This document shows, in pieces, positions 48,086 to 60,550 of a stretch of DNA of 64,000 bases. Below the pieces are notes generated by a model. It saw nothing but the letters and a program-made list of their open reading frames with translations. It ran no database searches and had not been told where the DNA came from. The translations under genes and the position numbers were made by a program. Source of the stretch: Minutocellus sp. GHC0000111 (lineage: Eukaryota); NCBI GenBank assembly GCA_977018835.1, contig OZ361257.1, forward strand, positions 4,092,001-4,156,000. Direction: 5' to 3'. The stretch's first letter is position 1. Each line of letters opens with the position of its first letter.

Positions 48086-48973
48086 ACGGAGGTTCCCAAA
48101 TGTTGAAAAGTTGAACATTCTGTGTCTTCTTGAACGGGCAGGAACATTCTATTACGGTGACGAACAGTTCACCATTTCGCTGGAGGCCGCCCATTCCACT
48201 CCTTCATTCCTCTCCGCCTTTCCGAGGTTGAAAACGGCGTTTGTGGGAGGAAGACTGAAAGATGACGAGAACGAGATTCTTGATGAAGTGTATAAGCCGT
48301 ACGTATGTATTGGTCCTGAGGGGCATGAGGAGATCATTCGCGGGCTTATTTTTACGACAACGGGTGCATTCATGTCGGGCCTGCTCTCTTCTAATATGTC
48401 GATGATGAATGGGATCAATCCCTACTCTTGGAGCGCGGTAAGGCCATGCCGCCTTAACCCCACGGAAGCATGCGCTCATTGCAGGTTTCTTTGCAAGCAC
48501 ATGCCAGTTTTGCACATGTTAGGAGGATCAGGATGGTATACGGCAGATTGCTTCTGTCTACAAGAGCACGAGTTTTGGGAAATCATCGGAGAGTGTCCAG
48601 GGGGGAAGGAGGCAATAGAGGATAACAACGAAGGTGGTCTTTCTTCTTGCAGAAATATCTGAAGGAAGTAACCGCTCTGAAAGGAATAACACAAGAGAGA
48701 GCCAGGCTGATTATGACGAAACACTCCCACACCTGGGCTGATACTCGGTTTTGGGGTCTTTCCAAATTCGCCTTTGATGAACTCGACAAAGTGATCGAAG
48801 CTGGACTTGATCCGGGAAGGATTCAAAAGGAAAACTTCTTCGACAGATTCAATACTTACATGAATGATGGCGCGTCCAGACTGAATATATGGACCAAATC
48901 CACAGTGATTGGACTGGAAAGTAGTGGCTTTCCTGTCAGCTGCGACGACATCATTACTGTTGATGATTCATAA
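48086..48973 (+). pseudogene. 5'-truncated hypothetical protein (RFPNVEKLNILCLL...PSFLSAFPRLKTAFVGG..C..C..LC), frameshift at ~48640
   Basis: ORFs 47919-48662 and 48647-48973. The protein-like segment starts only at ~48086 and has no ATG. Confidence 0.5.
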
Positions 48974-49245
48974 ATAAGTTTAGACTGCAGGTTTTCAGAC
49001 CTTATCATCGCATTTTTGCATTTATTGATTGCTACGTTGCCAATCATAAATTGAAATGGGACAGATACAACTCGGGCGTCAACGGAGAGAGAACTCAAGT
49101 CAGCCAAGCCTCGCCACGCACGCAGTCAACGCCCCATGATGCATGGGAAAACGCGAGCGACGGCAACACAAGCCGAAACTGAGCTCAGAGTCGAAGAGGC
49201 AGCCGGCCAACGCACCCTCTCCCCTCCTAGCTACGTACTTTCCCG

Positions 49246-50478
49246 ATGGATTCAACCATGCCCGTCCGCAGAACAACCGACCACTTCGACTCCGCCAGGC
49301 GGTCCAAGGGCTCGCTTGCTATGGCTGCTGCTCTGTGCGCCTCGCAAACCTCCGTATCGCTCGTGTCGGCCTACAACGGTGGCGGCGGCAGCGGCAATGC
49401 CCGGAATGGCAACGGCTACAACTCGGTGTCCCCGTGGGGACCCAACAGCGAACAAGCCCTGCGGCAGCAGCGGACGCAGTACGCCAACTACGGAGACAAC
49501 AGCGCTGCCTTCTACCCCGATCAAATGAGAGACCGCGGCGGGCAGCTGGCCAACTACGAAGCTCCCAACAACAATAACGTCAATGACGCCTCGTTCGGGG
49601 ACAATGCGGCAGCGGCATATGGCAACCCCGAACAGAGGCGGATTCAGGGAGGGTCCCGTCGGCAGTACGGGGCGTACGGGACCCGCTCCCACGTCCACCT
49701 GTCGACCGACGGCGGCCGGCCGATGGACTCGCGCGTGCAACTGTGGGATGGACCGGATAACACCTCCCACACCGTCCGGGTGTGGAGCGAGGACGGCACC
49801 GGCCGACCGATGGACATTGGGATGGAGCGGATGGACCGATGGGGCGGCGGCGGCGCGCATGGCGGATATCGCAACGGCAGCGTCGACGTGCGGAATCGCG
49901 GGCCGATGGAGTATCCCATCCAGGCCGGGGTGAGCCACCGTCCCCACCAGCGGCAGCAACAGGTGTATGCACCACCCTCGCCGTCACGAGGAGCATTCGG
50001 AAGTGGACGGAGAATGGCGGCAGGCGGAGAAACGATCCAGGGAGGCACCGTCCGCCATTTCACCATAAACCCCACCGTGTCCTCCGTCCGCGTCACCCTC
50101 GAGAGCGACGGCCTGCCCATCAAGGCGTTGGTGGAACTTTTGCAGGGTCCCGGCCGTGTGGCGCAGCTGGCCGAGGTGTACAACCAGCACGGCAGGACGT
50201 TCGTGGCCACCCTCCCCACGCCCGGGTATGGGTCGACCATTGCCGTTAGGAACGACGGGCCGATGGAGTACCCGTTCTATGCCAGTGTGGAACCCATGTC
50301 GATGGAGGGGGGTGCTGCTAGTATGGGTGCTGGCATGGGTATGGGTGGAGGAGGAAATCGACATGGAGACCATGTGAGCGGAGGCAGCTACGGAGGGGGC
50401 GGGTACAACGGTGGATACGGCTACAGCAATGGCAGTGGTGGCGGCACCGGTGGTTATGGTGGATATCAGTACAACTAA
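49246..50478 (+). CDS. Secreted/targeted hypothetical protein with two internal repeats and Gly/Tyr-rich tail
   Basis: Repeat IQGG..R.(Y/F)...V.L.(T/S)DG.P....V.L..GP....VRN.GPMEYP..A.V occurs twice. GC3-rich codons. Start may be 49321. Confidence 0.8.
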   Translation: MDSTMPVRRTTDHFDSARRSKGSLAMAAALCASQTSVSLVSAYNGGGGSGNARNGNGYNSVSPWGPNSEQALRQQRTQYANYGDNSAAFYPDQMRDRGGQLANYEAPNNNNVNDASFGDNAAAAYGNPEQRRIQGGSRRQYGAYGTRSHVHLSTDGGRPMDSRVQLWDGPDNTSHTVRVWSEDGTGRPMDIGMERMDRWGGGGAHGGYRNGSVDVRNRGPMEYPIQAGVSHRPHQRQQQVYAPPSPSRGAFGSGRRMAAGGETIQGGTVRHFTINPTVSSVRVTLESDGLPIKALVELLQGPGRVAQLAEVYNQHGRTFVATLPTPGYGSTIAVRNDGPMEYPFYASVEPMSMEGGAASMGAGMGMGGGGNRHGDHVSGGSYGGGGYNGGYGYSNGSGGGTGGYGGYQYN

Positions 50479-50529
50479 AAGGTGAACCAGAATACATACG
50501 AAACATTCACACATACACATATATTGCTC

Positions 50530-50958
50530 CTAATAAGACCCCTCGGAGTCACTGCTGGAATCATCCTGCTCTGCGCCTTCTTCGAGATCAGTATCGAAAT
50601 GAATTCCGTTCTTGAGGATTCTGGAACGGGTCCTGTTGTCCCACCCAGCAAGAATGTCAAACACCTGCAGTTGCTCGTTTCCTTGGTCACTCTCTGTTAG
50701 GGCGGAACTAACAACGGCAAGGTACCTCCACGAAACTTGAGGGAACCACATGCTCACCCGTTCGCGTTCCATTGCACCAATCAAGCCCTCCTCTTCGCAC
50801 ATCCCCTTTGCTAGGTCAGCAGTTATGGTTTCAATGGTGTTGACCCGGTCGGGTTCTGGCAATGGCATTGATTGGAGATGCTGTTGGTCGTTGTCGGCTC
50901 GGCCCATCGGCATGTGACTGCTTGACACCTGAATCGAATCAGTCGAACATGTCGTCAA
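50530..50958 (-). CDS. Small hypothetical protein
   Basis: 142-aa ORF with an acidic tail, convergent on the previous gene. No motif. Confidence 0.3.
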   Translation of the reverse strand: MTTCSTDSIQVSSSHMPMGRADNDQQHLQSMPLPEPDRVNTIETITADLAKGMCEEEGLIGAMERERVSMWFPQVSWRYLAVVSSALTESDQGNEQLQVFDILAGWDNRTRSRILKNGIHFDTDLEEGAEQDDSSSDSEGSY

Positions 50959-51115
50959 GGGCCACCACGTACGTTGCTGACTTCAGAGAGCACTTGCATG
51001 GCTGCGCGAAATGGAACTGGAGAGCGGCGAGAGGCGAGACCGAGGAGCCGACAATTCTTATTGGGTGAGGCTGGGTGACTAGACATCATCCATATACCAC
51101 GCGGGCACTGCCATC

Positions 51116-52093
51116 ATGTACCAAAGAGGTTCAATTCTCGCCGTGACTCTCATCGCGATTGCCCGCCAAAGAACCGGCGTCTCTGCCTTCTCTTCAATGA
51201 CAATGTCCTCTTCGACCACCAGTGGTTCAGGACTGTGGACCCCAATTGCCATAGATGCGGCAAGAAAGTTCACCGTAACACAACGGGAAAAGTTGGACCA
51301 ACTGGGTGCACTCGACAAGGAATTTGGGCCAGTTCAGATTGTGGGCGAGCCCGTCGACTCGCCTGACACAGTAGACAGTGACAGTGAAGACGATACGACA
51401 ATATGCACCAAAATAATTCACTTTCAAAGGCACAGGCAGGGCTATCACAATTTGATCTGCGATATGTGGCGTGAAGCTGGCAGACCGATTGACTTTGATT
51501 CGCCTGACCCTGAGCTAAATCCTGTAACGCGTACCGAAATGGTGGACCCGCCGCTCACGGAGCTTGGCAGGAGGCAATGTAGTTCAGTGAGAGAAGAGTG
51601 CAGTAAGCTTTCGCCGGAGATTGTAATTGTATCTCCACTGTTGAGATGCATCCAAACTGCCAAGCTATCTTTTCGTGATCACGCTGATACAACTGTGACA
51701 CCATGGGTATCTCACGAAGGTTGTCGCGAAGAACTGGGGCTTCTGACTGGAAACAAGCGTCGTCCGATTTCAGCGATACGTGACGATTATCCCGAGATTG
51801 ATTTTGCAGCCATCGAACACGATGAAGACGAGCTATGGGATGCATATGGAGATCGCAGGGAAACACTGTTGGAAAAGTCAGATCGGATATATGACTTTCT
51901 TACTTCCTTTGTGATGCAAAGGCCAGAATCAGAAATTGCTGTGGTGTCGCATTCAGCATATCTATTTTCACTGTTGAATGCTGTAATGGACATCGAAGAC
52001 GAAGACTTGCGGTCCTGGTTCTTGACAGGAGAAGTGCGATCGCTCAAAGTCACTTATCGCAAAAGAAAAAGTAGCGACGATAGAAAGAGGTAA
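51116..52093 (+). CDS. Histidine phosphatase / phosphoglycerate mutase-like protein, plastid-targeted
   Basis: GVSA-F presequence, FQRHRQGYHN, DPPLTELGRRQ, IVSPLLRCIQTA and IAVVSHSAYL. Confidence 0.85.
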   Translation: MYQRGSILAVTLIAIARQRTGVSAFSSMTMSSSTTSGSGLWTPIAIDAARKFTVTQREKLDQLGALDKEFGPVQIVGEPVDSPDTVDSDSEDDTTICTKIIHFQRHRQGYHNLICDMWREAGRPIDFDSPDPELNPVTRTEMVDPPLTELGRRQCSSVREECSKLSPEIVIVSPLLRCIQTAKLSFRDHADTTVTPWVSHEGCREELGLLTGNKRRPISAIRDDYPEIDFAAIEHDEDELWDAYGDRRETLLEKSDRIYDFLTSFVMQRPESEIAVVSHSAYLFSLLNAVMDIEDEDLRSWFLTGEVRSLKVTYRKRKSSDDRKR

Positions 52094-52136
52094 TATGCTG
52101 ATTTCATGAGTTTACTAAAATGAAAATCTCGTTGCA

Positions 52137-53192
52137 TCACACTGTATTTTTGCGTAAGCCATCGCCATGGTCAAGATCTATCTCTACCCCTTTTGCCTCC
52201 CTCCTCAACACAAGCTCAACAATGGCTTGTCCCATCCCTTTCCCAACGAGCCAATAAGCCTCGGCGTTATTATTCCAATGGTAACCAAGATCAGATGGAG
52301 AAGCAGGATATGGATCTCTACAAAATGGCCTTGTATCTACTGTGGCCACCGTTCCATCAAATTCAGGATATTTGGTGAGATCGGAAACCGCCATCTGTGC
52401 GGCTACAATGTCTGCTCTCCGCCCTGGCTCATATCCAGCCATGCCAGATGCACCAATCGATATGGGCAGATCTTGCACGTCCAAATCCAGTCGAATATCC
52501 CGTATCAGATTGGCAAGATTGTATTCGTACTCTGCAGTCATGTTCAAATCGCACCCATCGTTCCATCCCTGATGCCAGGCGAATCCTGACAACTTGACGG
52601 GTCTGCCATCTTCGTGAGGAAAGTATCCAGTAACGTTTGACAGTGTAGCCTTGACGTTGGCAATCATCGACTGATAGTAGGGACCGACGGTTCCACCCGA
52701 GCTCGGAGGACGAAAATCCTCTGCCAGCGACTTTCCGCCCCATGCAATCTTCATGAGCAAAATCTTATCTCTCTTATGACGATTCAGACCATTACCGATG
52801 GCCCATCCGAATCCTAGCTCGGGTCCGATCTGGTACTGGCCCTGATCACCACCGCATAAACTGGCGTGAAGATTCCCATAATCGGACATGACGGGGAGCA
52901 GATCGTCGCGTCGGTTACATGCCATGAGCACATCTTTGCGGGTGGTCCAGGTGCCAGTCTTGTCATCTTGGAGCAAGCCGTACTGGTCCGGCACATTGTC
53001 TACCAACCATTGTAAGGTGGCGTTCTTTTCACTTCCTGTATCGTCGTCGATGGCCGTGATGACTCCATGGCCGACCATGTTACTTTGACCGACCAGCACA
53101 AACACACGGAGGGGATGCTTGAATTTGGGCGCGGCATCGGAATACACTGTCTGGGAGAAGAGAGCGGCGAAGAGTAGCGTCAAATGCAGCAT
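52137..53192 (-). CDS. Secreted SASA-domain (sialate O-acetylesterase / CE6-like) SGNH esterase
   Basis: VFVLVGQSNMVG, GPELGFG, KIAWGGKSL..DFRPPS, WHQGWND and YHWNNNA motifs. Signal peptide from Met at 53192. Confidence 0.85.
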   Translation of the reverse strand: MLHLTLLFAALFSQTVYSDAAPKFKHPLRVFVLVGQSNMVGHGVITAIDDDTGSEKNATLQWLVDNVPDQYGLLQDDKTGTWTTRKDVLMACNRRDDLLPVMSDYGNLHASLCGGDQGQYQIGPELGFGWAIGNGLNRHKRDKILLMKIAWGGKSLAEDFRPPSSGGTVGPYYQSMIANVKATLSNVTGYFPHEDGRPVKLSGFAWHQGWNDGCDLNMTAEYEYNLANLIRDIRLDLDVQDLPISIGASGMAGYEPGRRADIVAAQMAVSDLTKYPEFDGTVATVDTRPFCRDPYPASPSDLGYHWNNNAEAYWLVGKGMGQAIVELVLRREAKGVEIDLDHGDGLRKNTV

Positions 53193-53384
53193 CTTGACTG
53201 ATGGGAATAAGTCTACAGCTGCCATCTGCAGAGCACCCGGCCATCCATCCGGCCATGCATCGCCGGCCAGTCAGGCGCCACAAAGCCGGAGCAAGCGATT
53301 TTCCTCACCCCGAAAAATAAATGCGCCAAGGATAGAGGGGTCTTTCATCTGACATTGGCCAACGTCGACGTCGATGGCCGTGCT

Positions 53385-53627
53385 GTACGCCACCCGACGA
53401 CATCCCTTGCAGTAGCATGGCTTGGTCGCCTTCTCCTTGGATGACTTGTTTGCACTATCGCTACTTGTAGCGTCAGAAGTTTGGAGCGGTTTCGCGCAGT
53501 GGCAGCACGCATCGAAGCCCAGTCGGATGTCGTGGTTGGATTCGAGGGCGGCCGATACAAACGGGTGGGAGGTGCGGGTCTGCTGCTCCGGCAGGACGTC
53601 GAGATGGAGCGACGCCAGGAGGTCCAT
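53385..53627 (-). pseudogene. 5' fragment (~81 codons) of the MYND gene cut by the duplication junction
   Basis: MDLLASL...CKGCRRVAY, then unrelated sequence. Confidence 0.85.
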
Positions 53628-53935
53628 GGTGGTGATAGTTGCTGAGGAAGGGAAAGCAATGGAGGGCCAGCCAGAGCTACGGGAGACATATACGTACGTA
53701 GCCAGATTATGTGCCGGAAAGACGTCTCTGTGGGGAGTGCACCAATGCCAATTCAAGCTTCATTCAAGCTCTTGGAGCATTGCATTTTACCGTTCCATCG
53801 TTCATGCTTGCATTGTTCCTCGCCTCGAACGCTTTGTTGCTTCGCTCGGCTCTTGCCACCAACGTGCTGCTCAAATCATTCGATACATAAATAACTGTGC
53901 AACTGACAAGGCATTCGATTGAAATTTCTATAATA

Positions 53936-54748
53936 ATGACTTCAATAATCGACTCCATCGACGAGTACATCACCGAAAAGGAACGTCGGTGGATCGCCCT
54001 CCTCGTATGCCTCGATGCATTGCTTTGGTATGCACTACGATACGTCAAGGAAGCGCGCGGGAAGGAACTCAATCTGGCCTATCCCCTCGTCAGCTTCGTG
54101 GCGACCATCCAATTTGTAAAATTTGGCTTTTCGGCATTATTCGACGGGACCATGATGGACCTCAACACCGACCCGTATTCGCGTCTCCGTGCCGAGCACG
54201 AGGGATTTGCCCAATTGTCCCAAATTACCTTTGCCTACGAGGTGTTCAACACATTGTCATGCATAGTTATGCCTCAATACCGTACCGTGGAATTCCTCGG
54301 ACATCACGTTTTGACCATGATGATTGCCAAAATGTCACAAGCACACGGGCCTGAGTTCTATGGATTATTTTACGTCGGCATTGCTTCGGTCAGCACTCTA
54401 TTCTTAGTATTTGTGGACATTTTTCGATATGGACCGAAATCCTTGAAGCAGAACTTTGGCATGGTCAACACCGCGGCGCAGGTGCTGTTTGCCCTTTCGT
54501 TTCTGCTGGTCCGTGCCGTCATTTGGCCGTTGATGAACTGCGCCTTCTGGCGGGATGCCACCATCAATCTGAGAGATCCGCCGGAAGATGGTGGTACGTG
54601 GAGACCGTATCTTATCGGATTGTTATTGGCCAATACATTTTTGGGTGCACTCCAAATATTGTGGGCGGGAAGGATTGTGAAGCGACTAAAGAAAATAATC
54701 GGTGGGAAGGACTCGTCGACGACCAGTGCGGCGAAGAAATCAAGCTAG
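53936..54748 (+). CDS. TLC domain protein (copy 2)
   Basis: Identical to 38340-39152. Confidence 0.8.
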   Translation: MTSIIDSIDEYITEKERRWIALLVCLDALLWYALRYVKEARGKELNLAYPLVSFVATIQFVKFGFSALFDGTMMDLNTDPYSRLRAEHEGFAQLSQITFAYEVFNTLSCIVMPQYRTVEFLGHHVLTMMIAKMSQAHGPEFYGLFYVGIASVSTLFLVFVDIFRYGPKSLKQNFGMVNTAAQVLFALSFLLVRAVIWPLMNCAFWRDATINLRDPPEDGGTWRPYLIGLLLANTFLGALQILWAGRIVKRLKKIIGGKDSSTTSAAKKSS

Positions 54749-54874
54749 CTACATACTGCGAATGCAGATGAAAACATATAAGCTATGTGCCAGAGTTATT
54801 GTGCTACAGCGAATGCTCAAAGAATCCGGTACTCGGTCAAACTCTAGAGAGATGGAGAGATTGTTACATGTAAA

Positions 54875-56676
54875 TTAGACGCCCATAGTGCAGTTGGGCA
54901 TGAAGACGGCGCCGTTATTGTCAGCAAAGGAGTTGAGGTCACAAGAGTCATCACCTTCGACAAGGTAATCAACGATCTCTGGAGCAGTCGCGTCGATCAA
55001 ATTGCCCTGGGCCTCATTTTTGGCAATGATGTTGTCGAAGCCATACTCCTTTCGGTCCGTCTTGGCTTCCTTGTATCCGATATAAAATCCAGCGCCATCT
55101 TCGCCTCCAGAATTCTGGCCGTTGGAGTTGGCAACGATAAAGACAACGGTGTTGGAGTTTGATTCAATATCAAAACCAGAACCTCCGTTGTCAGTAGCGA
55201 CGTTGTATCCGAGGTAGTTGTAAAGTCCACCAACAAAGAGTGGTCCCAAACCGGGTCCATCCTCATCGTCAATCTTGGCACAATCGCCCTTGTCAACATT
55301 GAATCCTGAGTTGTCACCTCCAGTGCTTTGGGCGGTGTTGCGAATGATCGTGTTGTACATGTAATCGGAGCGGATTTTGAAGCCCTTGCCGTCATCCATA
55401 CCGGCAACGACATTGGATACGATGAGGTTGTAGCCTCCGGTATAATCATCTTCACTACCGCCAGTGCACATGCCAGTGCCATCTTCAGGGGTGGGCTCGT
55501 TGTCAGGTTCATCATACTTAATATCAAAGCCTGAAGCGAAGAGGAAAGTAGTGAAGTAAGGGCACATCAGTTTTACATAAGAGAAAAGTCTCAACATGTG
55601 ATAGCACATATCGGAAAGGCGTAGGCTAGCATGTAACTCACCGTCCTTTTTGGTCCCAGTGATGGAATTTTCGATGAACTTGTTGTATACACCGCGGGTA
55701 CTAACACCGTCCTCAGAATTCTCAGTGGCTATGTTCCGGTTAATATCGTTCACGATAGTATTCCCAATGAAGGTGTTGTGGCTTCCATCGTTGTCAATAC
55801 CGTCGTCGCCAAAATAACTAACATTGTTGCCCTGAACAAGGTTGAAAGTTCCAGTAGGCTCAAGATCAATACCATCGCCGTTGAAGTCTCCATCAACACC
55901 AGAGCCGTTATCCGTGGCAGCACTGTTGAGAATCTTGTTGAAGCTAGAGGTAACCACTATGCCATCGTTTCCTGTCTGGGCCACATGGAGGTTTTGGATT
56001 TCATGCCCTCCATCTCCACCAATGACGACGCCAAAGTTTCCACCCTGGACATTGATGGGACTGTCAGGGCCCAGATCCGAAGACGCGGTGGAGTCAGTAA
56101 GGACGGCTCCCTTACCAGTCACGTAAACGACAGTACCGAGATCAGTGTCGACGTACGAATTGTCAGTGCACTCAACCCTGTATCCGTTGAAGTCAAGCTC
56201 GGCCGGTCCCTGAACGGTCACAGCAGCGTACTATGCCGGTATCGCCACCAGCCTTGATGGAATCTCCGACACAGGTAATGTCGAGCTGTGTGCATGTATT
56301 ATTGAGAAAGGAGGAAGGAATGGCGCGGTGATGAGAGAATATTATATTGTAGTAGCTAGATTGTTAGAGTAAGCAGGCAACTTGCGTTAAGATTCAAAGA
56401 TTCGTCTATGCGTTGAGAACGAATCATGGCTCGAGATGAATGAAAAGTTGCCAAGTCTTGGCTTGCCTTTGTCAAAGCATGCGTAATAACACATGGGCAC
56501 CTTTTACTCACCTCTTTGATGGGAGCCATCCAGTAGTTGTCAGTAGTCACTTGCATCTTGCGAAGTCCACCAGAGGTGTTGGAGTTGAAAGTAAACGGCT
56601 TGTCGCTGGGCCTAGCATGGATGCTGCCGACAACGGCAATGAGACCAGCGACGGCGCGACGGTTAACGATGGGCAT
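54875..56676 (-). CDS. Beta-helix repeat protein (copy 2)
   Basis: Identical to 39279-41080. Confidence 0.7.
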
Positions 56677-57119
56677 GGTTGATTCGGGGGAGGCAATTCT
56701 AGCTACGGTAGCTCGAGAGTAGACACAAGATCCGTGGCTTTTCGATTGCGACAGCTTCAAGCTATCAAATTACGTCGGAAACTGTCGAAAAAATCGGGCA
56801 CAACGCGAACGACTTTTTCAAGCCTCAAAAAGGTAATCGCAAGTCCCCTGCTGCATCACAGTGTTGTGGAAGGCTATTACAAGGGTACGGTGCCCCGTAT
56901 TCTTGTTTAGTTTCAATGGGAGGCACATTGGCAACACATCTTGTGGCACCTCTTGTTTGAGCAAATGGGTTTCGTTTTATGATGAAATTCGATACAAAAT
57001 TTTCTTTCTCTCAAGCAGCACAGCTATATCAGTCCACAAAAAATAAAATTCAAGACCAAATCAAAACACTCTCTTCCGTATCTATAAGATGTGCTAAATT
57101 AACACCCAAGATCATTGTA

Positions 57120-57192
57120 CCAAAGTAATTTTATTGTTGATTATGGTCTACAACATCCTTCTAAGCAGTAATCAGCAATAAAATTACTTTGG
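57120..57192. mobile_element. 73-bp MITE (copy 2)
   Basis: Identical to 41524-41596. Confidence 0.6.
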
Positions 57193-57386
57193 TACAATGT
57201 TTACGAAACATCGCGGAGGGGGTGTCTGCTCTCTCGTGAAATCACTCTTGTGTGTAGGACGTCATAGATGTACACGGACGTGAATCTAGTCTAGATCTAG
57301 ATCTACATGTACATTGTACTAATAGACGGAAAGTTGTCGAATTCTATACCACCAGCAGCTTGTAGTCTGTATGTTATAATGTGAGT

Positions 57387-58230
57387 TTACAGCAGTCCAA
57401 AGAATTCGGTCCCAAGACCAATGCCTTGCTCCATTCGGATTCGAGCGGCGAAGGAAGTGAAACTGCTAACACAGTTCCCCAGCAGATAGTCCGCGTGCGT
57501 CATAACGTTGAGGTCCAGAAGTGACGGGTCCCCCATCAATGCATCGACGCCATCGCTGTGGTCATCTGTATCCGCCGGTTCGCTAGTGCTAATCAATAAA
57601 TCATATGTGTCGCCGAGGTTATATTCCGACCATATCTTCCCCCAAGTCCTGGAACGTCTGTGGCAACAATTAGAACGACACGACCTCCCTTTTTCTCACT
57701 CCTCTTCTTCGCTTGCTCCGCTGCTGTTTGAAGATCAGATGCAACCGAACCAACATTGACAGTCGGCAAGCAGAGTTCCAGAGAAATTGTGGACATGTTA
57801 TGTCGTCTCATCTCCTCTGAGCATTGAGGACTGGCCATGTACGTGTCACGTCCCACGGCATGTTTGCATGCTTTGACCCAGTCCGACCCTGCTCGCAAAT
57901 GTGTGGCGACAACAATGTCATCTTCTGATGATATTCCATTTTCCAATAGGAATGTCTGCCGTCTTTCCTCCATTCGATCGGTCCATTTGAGATATTTCGC
58001 CACATAGCGATCTTGTGGTCTCATCGGAAATGGCGCAGATAATGAATTGCTGGGTGGTCTTTTGAGCTGAGATTGAACACAGTATTATGGAAATAGTGTT
58101 CCTTTGTAAATTCAATCCCAAGAAAGTGCCAATATGTTCCATCCTCGACGTCCGGTGTGCACTTGAAGTGATCCGCTGCTTTGTGTGCACTGTTGCAGTA
58201 TATTGTGGCATCTTTGGAATTCCACCGCAA
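57387..58230 (-). pseudogene. POFUT1-like (copy 2)
   Basis: Identical to 41791-42634. Confidence 0.7.
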
Positions 58231-58317
58231 TTCTACATGTATTCTCTGTCAAAATCTCCCCACACCCCACAAGCACTTCTTCGCTCCACGTTCAAGTTGA
58301 CCCCCCTTCGTCGCAAT

Positions 58318-59347
58318 ATGAGCATGCTCGCCCGCCTGCTGCTGATAGCAGCCGTATTTGCAGCCCCATGCGATGCTGCACCACGGGGATTTGCCGGTCG
58401 GGTGCCTCAAAGGACATCGTTCGAACCGACACAACGCTTGAACCGCCGAGTGATGACGCACGTGGAACCATCACCAGCAGCATGTGAGGCTTGTGCCATC
58501 GTGGAGACAATTCCTCGGGGTGGAGCCCAAAAGTCCATATCGGTCAAGACCGAGGGTGGCAATGCCCTCGTTGCGGGTATTCTGAATGGTGTGGGCAAGA
58601 TATCTCCAACACTTGCAGGTCTGCTCAAGGTGCTTTTCAAGATTGTGGAGTCGCTGACGGGTCTTGATTTGGTACCGGTCAAGGTTGTAGAAAAGGCAAA
58701 GAAGAGCAGTAGAAGCAGTGGCAGCAAGAAGAAGTCCAGCAAGAGCAAAAAGAGTAGAGCTACTGTAGCAGAGGATGAGAGCAGTGATGACGAAGAGGCG
58801 GAGCCGGTCAAGGCACCACCAAAGAAGAAGAAGGCAGCAGATGGAGGCGGAGGTAGCGGAGGGGGATCTGCCGCCGCCAAGAAGCATCTGGCCACCAGCT
58901 TGAAGTCGACCAGTCCAAACTACCGCATCCAGAAGGAGCTGAAGCAATTCCTCTCGTCGCCACCGCCCAACCTCAAGGTGTCGGTGGGCAAAAACATACG
59001 GGTGTGGATCGTCACGTTCAAGATGCCCGAGGATACGATTTATGCCGGGGAAAAGTATCGGCTGCGCATTCAGTTCCCCGCCGACTATCCCCACGCAGCC
59101 CCCGAGTGCGTACTTTATGCAACCGACTCCTCGGCACGAGCATGTGTATACCAACGGCGATATTTGTTTGAGCCTATTGGGTAAGGATTGGAGACCAACG
59201 ATGACGGCACAAAGCCTGGCGGTCAGTATCATGAGCATTCTTAGTGGCGCCCGTAAGAAGAGTCTGCCCATGGACAACGCTCGGCAGGCCATGAATAAGC
59301 CAGGTCAAAAGCAAGACGATTGGATTTATCATGACGATAACTGCTAA
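58318..59347 (+). CDS. UBE2W-like E2 with signal peptide (copy 2, same frameshift)
   Basis: Identical to 42722-43751. Confidence 0.85.
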
Positions 59348-59512
59348 TATAAGAGATATATCGGTGCTCTAAGAATTTCATTGCACAAAAGCGAGAGTGG
59401 CTAGCTAGACCTATTCGTGGGTTCGCATCCTGAATCCTACTAATTGATTCTTCTAGCACGTATTGTTACCCACGCATTGTCACCCACCACACGTACCCAA
59501 ACACCACAGACT

Positions 59513-60550
59513 CTACTGATAAAAGTAAGTATCCATGTCCGGAATGCCACACGAATCCTGCAAGTAGCCCGATACCATGAGCTGACCCCATGCCTGAGAC
59601 AAGGCAGGTCCACCACGATTCTGACAAAGCTTGGTCTTCTTCATCGGCTCAAAATATTTCTTCTGCGATCTTCCATACTCATTGTTCTGATTCGGACCTG
59701 GTGCCGGCACTGGCTTGAGCTCATTCAGGCCCGTCGACTCGTTCAACACGGCAAAGAATTCATTGAGAGCAATCCGACCATCCGACCATTTGGCAAGTGC
59801 ATCCTTCTGTGCGTTGGGTCCAATCTCTACCGGCAAGTCCCGACGTACTCCGGTCGTAATTTTCGACAATCCGGCCGCTGCTTTCTCAAACTTGAATTGA
59901 GCCTCCCTCATGTCCTCCGCGGCATCCGAGGGCATACTGAGAGATAAGATGCGCATGGGATTGATGTAATCACGCTCGATGCGGCTGGGCTGGCCCTGGC
60001 CCTTGTTGTTGTTCACTCGGTACAGCTGCAGGGATCAAGATAGAACATGAGGAAAACGTTAGATTGTGATCGGAAAAGTAGCAGAGCATGCCATCGGACA
60101 CACCCAAAAGTGAATTTTCCGCGGGGAACGGTTCAATGTGTGCCTTTTTTTGGTAGATGCTGCATCGAATTTCTCTCGAACACGTACTTCATTGACCTCT
60201 CCCCAATCATCGATGACCGAGATCTTATCACGAAGCTCCCACAGATAATAGTCTGCCGCAATCTGAAGGGGAATTCGGTATTGCTTGTACGACCTCTGAG
60301 CCTCGGGGGGCAGATCGTCCAGAGCAGACCCCGCGGCATTTGCCACAGGAACATTGGACGTCATGGGAGACAAAACCAAGGCGGCAGTTACAGCAGATGT
60401 CACGAGATTGCGGAACAAGTCCCTCCGGCCGAGATCATGTTCGTTTTGCTGGTCGGCAGAGGCGGAAAGAGGAGTGCTATTTGCTGCTGGCTGCACGGTG
60501 GTGAACGCACCCGCCGTAGCGACGCACGTTGCAAGTAGCGAGAGGCGCAT
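59513..60550 (-). CDS. Thylakoid-lumen-targeted hypothetical protein (copy 2)
   Basis: Identical to 43917-44954. Confidence 0.8.

Larger units (their letters stand above)
37789..53384 (+). repeat. First unit of a 15,596-bp direct (tandem) duplication
   Basis: All ORFs from 37826 to ~48400 recur at +15596. Identity starts at gtacgccacccg (37789 / 53385). Confidence 0.92.

Noticed and set aside
52137..53192. Bacterial contamination or recent HGT of the SASA esterase
   Set aside because: It is embedded among eukaryotic genes with similar composition and has a signal peptide. Origin cannot be judged without a phylogeny.
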